64,000 nucleotides of DNA from assembly GCA_002783145.1 (NCBI GenBank), contig PFEX01000231.1, positions 10,746-74,745 of the forward strand. Direction: 5' to 3'. Below the pieces are notes generated by a model. That model was not told the DNA's origin. It searched no databases and worked only from the letters and a program-made list of their open reading frames with translations. The translations under genes were made by a program, and so were the position numbers. Source of the stretch: Rhodobacteraceae bacterium CG17_big_fil_post_rev_8_21_14_2_50_65_11 (GTDB lineage: Bacteria > Pseudomonadota > Alphaproteobacteria > Rhodobacterales > Rhodobacteraceae). This document shows positions 61,114 to 64,000 of this stretch, one piece after another (position 1 is the stretch's first letter; every line of letters begins with the position of its first letter).

Positions 61114-63030
61114 ATGGCCAAAGTGATTGGTATCGACCTCGGCACTACGAACTCCTGCGTTGCGATCATGGACGGCAGCCAGGCCCGCGTGATCGAGAAC
61201 GCAGAAGGTGCGCGCACCACCCCCTCCATCGTCGGCTACACCGATGACGAAAAGCTGGTCGGCCAGGCCGCAAAACGGCAGGCCGTCACCAACCCCGACA
61301 ACACCATCTTCGCGGTCAAGCGCCTGATCGGTCGCCGCGTCGGGGACCCCGCCGTCGAAAAAGACAAGAACCTGGTTCCTTATGCCATTGTCGATGGCGG
61401 CAACGGCGACGCATGGGTCGAGGTGAAGGGCGAAAAATACAGCCCCAGCCAGGTTTCCGCGCTGATCCTCGGCAAGATGAAGGAAACCGCCGAGAGCTAT
61501 CTTGGCGAGGAGGTGACGCAGGCCGTCATCACCGTGCCCGCCTATTTCAACGACGCCCAGCGTCAGGCCACCAAGGATGCCGGCAAGATCGCCGGTCTGG
61601 AGGTTCTGCGCATCATCAACGAACCGACCGCGGCGGCGCTGGCCTACGGGCTCGACAAGAAGGACAGCAAGACGATTGCCGTCTATGACCTTGGCGGCGG
61701 CACCTTTGACATCACCATTCTGGAAATCGACGATGGCCTGTTCGAGGTCAAATCCACCAATGGCGACACCTTCCTTGGCGGTGAAGACTTTGACATGCGG
61801 ATCGTCAACTACCTGGCGGACGAGTTCAAGAAGGAACACGGCGTCGACCTGACCAAGGACAAGATGGCGTTGCAACGCCTGAAGGAAGCCTCTGAGAAAG
61901 CGAAGATCGAGCTGTCCTCGGCCACCCAGACCGAGATCAACCAGCCGTTCATCTCGATGGGCAAGGGCGGAACGCCGCTGCACATGGTCGTGAAACTGAC
62001 CCGCGCGAAGCTGGAATCGCTGGTCGGTGACCTCATCAAGAATTCGCTCAAGCCCTGCCAGGCGGCGCTGAAGGATGCCGGCCTCTCCAAGGGCGATATC
62101 GACGAGATCGTTCTGGTCGGCGGCATGACCCGGATGCCCAAGGTGATCGAGGAGGTGTCGACCTTCTTCGGCAAGGAGCCGCACAAAGGCGTGAACCCCG
62201 ACGAAGTGGTCGCCATGGGCGCCGCGATCCAGGCCGGCGTTCTGCAAGGCGACGTGAAGGACGTTGTTCTTCTTGATGTCACGCCCCTGTCGCTTGGCAT
62301 CGAGACGCTTGGCGGTGTCTTCACCCGCCTGATTGACCGCAACACCACGATCCCGACCAAGAAATCGCAGATCTTCTCGACCGCCGAGGACAACCAGAAC
62401 GCGGTGACGATCCGCGTGTTCCAGGGCGAGCGAGAGATGGCGGCCGACAACAAGATGCTGGGCCAGTTCAACCTTGAAAACATCCCGCCCGCCCCACGCG
62501 GCCTGCCGCAGATCGAAGTGACATTCGACATCGACGCCAACGGCGTCGTCTCGGTCAGCGCCAAGGACAAGGGCACCGGCAAGGACCAGAAGATCACCAT
62601 TCAGGCATCGGGCGGCCTGTCGGATGAAGACATCGAACGCATGGTGAAGGAGGCCGAGGAAAACGCCGAGACCGACAAGCAACGCAAGGAACTGGTCGAG
62701 GCGAAGAACCAGGCCGAAAGCCTGATCCATTCGACCCGAAAGTCGATGGAAGAGCATGGCGACAAGGTCGACCCTTCGACCATCGAAGCCATCGACCTTG
62801 CCATCACCGCGCTTGAGGAATCGCTCGACACCGACGATGCGGCCAAGATCAAGGGTGGCATCCAGAACGTGACCGAGGCGGCCATGAAGCTGGGCGAAGC
62901 CATCTACAAGGCGCAACAGGAAGAAACCGGCCAGGACGCACCCCAGGGTACGGAGGAGCCGGGCGGTGTCGATGACGATATCGTCGACGCCGACTTCGAG
63001 GATCTCGACGACAACGATCGCCGGTCCTGA
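61114..63030 (+). CDS. dnaK: Chaperone DnaK
   Basis: [37 protein letters not shown]. Confidence 0.99.
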   Translation: MAKVIGIDLGTTNSCVAIMDGSQARVIENAEGARTTPSIVGYTDDEKLVGQAAKRQAVTNPDNTIFAVKRLIGRRVGDPAVEKDKNLVPYAIVDGGNGDAWVEVKGEKYSPSQVSALILGKMKETAESYLGEEVTQAVITVPAYFNDAQRQATKDAGKIAGLEVLRIINEPTAAALAYGLDKKDSKTIAVYDLGGGTFDITILEIDDGLFEVKSTNGDTFLGGEDFDMRIVNYLADEFKKEHGVDLTKDKMALQRLKEASEKAKIELSSATQTEINQPFISMGKGGTPLHMVVKLTRAKLESLVGDLIKNSLKPCQAALKDAGLSKGDIDEIVLVGGMTRMPKVIEEVSTFFGKEPHKGVNPDEVVAMGAAIQAGVLQGDVKDVVLLDVTPLSLGIETLGGVFTRLIDRNTTIPTKKSQIFSTAEDNQNAVTIRVFQGEREMAADNKMLGQFNLENIPPAPRGLPQIEVTFDIDANGVVSVSAKDKGTGKDQKITIQASGGLSDEDIERMVKEAEENAETDKQRKELVEAKNQAESLIHSTRKSMEEHGDKVDPSTIEAIDLAITALEESLDTDDAAKIKGGIQNVTEAAMKLGEAIYKAQQEETGQDAPQGTEEPGGVDDDIVDADFEDLDDNDRRS

Positions 63031-63050
63031 TCGCGTGAACTGACCCACGC

Positions 63051-63083
63051 CTGACCGGCCGAGGATGCACCTTGGCCGGTCAG
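63051..63083 (+). terminator. Intercistronic stem-loop between dnaK and dnaJ
   Basis: CTGACCGGCCGAGG-ATGCA-CCTTGGCCGGTCAG, 14-bp stem with one G-U pair and a weak T tail. Confidence 0.6.
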
Positions 63084-63106
63084 CGCGTTTGAGGAAGGCA
63101 AACAAA

Positions 63107-64000
63107 ATGGCAAAACGCGATTACTACGAGGTTCTTGGCGTCTCGAAGGGTGCGACGGCGGAGGAATTGAAGAAAGCCTACCGCACGAAAGCCAAGGAAC
63201 TGCATCCGGATCGAAATTCAGACAACCCCGATGCCGAGGCCCAGTTCAAGGAAGCGAACGAAGCCTATGACATCCTGAAGGACCCCGAAAAGAAGGCCGC
63301 TTATGACCGCTACGGTCACGCGGCATTCGATGGTGGGATGGGCGCGGGCCCACGCGCCGGCGGCGGGCATGGTCAGGGCGATTTCGCCAGCGCGTTTTCG
63401 GATGTGTTCGAGGATCTCTTCGGCGATTTCATGGGCGGCCAGCGCGGTGGCGGGCGGCAGCGCGCGATGCGTGGCTCTGATCTGCGCTACAACCTGAAAA
63501 TCTCGCTCGAAGAGGCGTATGGCGGCCTACAGAAGTCCATTACCGTCCCGACATCTGTCGTATGCGAGGAATGCCACGGGACCGGCGCCGAAGGCGGGTC
63601 CGAACCGCAAACCTGCCCGACCTGCTCGGGCATGGGAAAGGTGCGGGCGCAACAAGGATTCTTCACCGTCGAACGCACCTGCCCGACCTGCGGCGGCGTT
63701 GGCCAGATCGTGAAAAGTCCTTGCCACGCCTGCGGCGGTGCCGGTCGTCAGGAAAAGGAAAAGGCGCTGTCGGTCAACATCCCGGCAGGCGTCGAAACCG
63801 GCACCCGCATTCGCCTTTCGGGCGAGGGCGAGGCCGGGATGCGCGGCGGGCCGCCGGGGGATCTTTACATCTTCATTCAGGTCGCAGATCACCCGATCTT
63901 TCAGCGCGACGGGGTGGATCTGTTCTGCCGCGTACCCGTGTCGATGACAAAAGCCGCGCTCGGCGGTGAGGTGGAAGTGCCCACCATCGACGGCGGGCGC
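63107..64000 (+). CDS. dnaJ: Chaperone DnaJ (partial, runs off the window; absent from the ORF track)
   Basis: [15 protein letters not shown] motif, G/F-rich region, CxxCxGxG repeats. Confidence 0.97.
   Translation, partial: MAKRDYYEVLGVSKGATAEELKKAYRTKAKELHPDRNSDNPDAEAQFKEANEAYDILKDPEKKAAYDRYGHAAFDGGMGAGPRAGGGHGQGDFASAFSDVFEDLFGDFMGGQRGGGRQRAMRGSDLRYNLKISLEEAYGGLQKSITVPTSVVCEECHGTGAEGGSEPQTCPTCSGMGKVRAQQGFFTVERTCPTCGGVGQIVKSPCHACGGAGRQEKEKALSVNIPAGVETGTRIRLSGEGEAGMRGGPPGDLYIFIQVADHPIFQRDGVDLFCRVPVSMTKAALGGEVEVPTIDGGR

Noticed and set aside
60988-63105. 705-aa minus-strand ORF
   Set aside because: Antisense frame of dnaK, a familiar artefact of codon bias.

Overview
GC-rich alphaproteobacterial chromosome segment; gene content and order point to Rhodobacteraceae/Roseobacteraceae. 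Core genes: dnaA-dnaN-recF-(VOC, LysE)-gyrB, betA, an Fe3+ ABC permease and binding protein, an MltB-like transglycosylase, rnr, dapE, rnd-lptCAB-hpf-ptsN, a surface-glycan cluster (sulfotransferase, glycosyltransferases, galU, kdsB, cysQ, KpsM-like permease), alkB and dnaK-dnaJ (dnaJ runs off the end). An accessory tract spans about 19.9-45.5 kb. It holds two Hint-domain proteins beside a response regulator lacking its phosphoacceptor Asp, a Crp/DUF2892 pair, and a broken ArsP-like permease. It also holds a ~12.4 kb GntR-controlled catabolic cluster with an unusual enzyme set: GH88/105, SDR, sugar ABC transporter, mutarotase-like, enoyl-CoA hydratase, family III CoA-transferase, DgoD-like dehydratase, M24 hydrolase and a DHDPS-fold enzyme. 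Further on are SulP-UspA with a structured leader, a MerR/MerT-like/GDCCVxC module without merA, and a coupled methyltransferase trio ending in a stand-alone Hen1-type RNA 2'-O-methyltransferase domain with no Pnkp partner. The two best candidates for undescribed biology are the catabolic cluster and the solo Hen1-like operon. I recognised no rRNA, tRNA, CRISPR array, integrase or transposase. All calls come from motif recognition by eye; no searches were run, and several start codons were re-picked from the ORF track.
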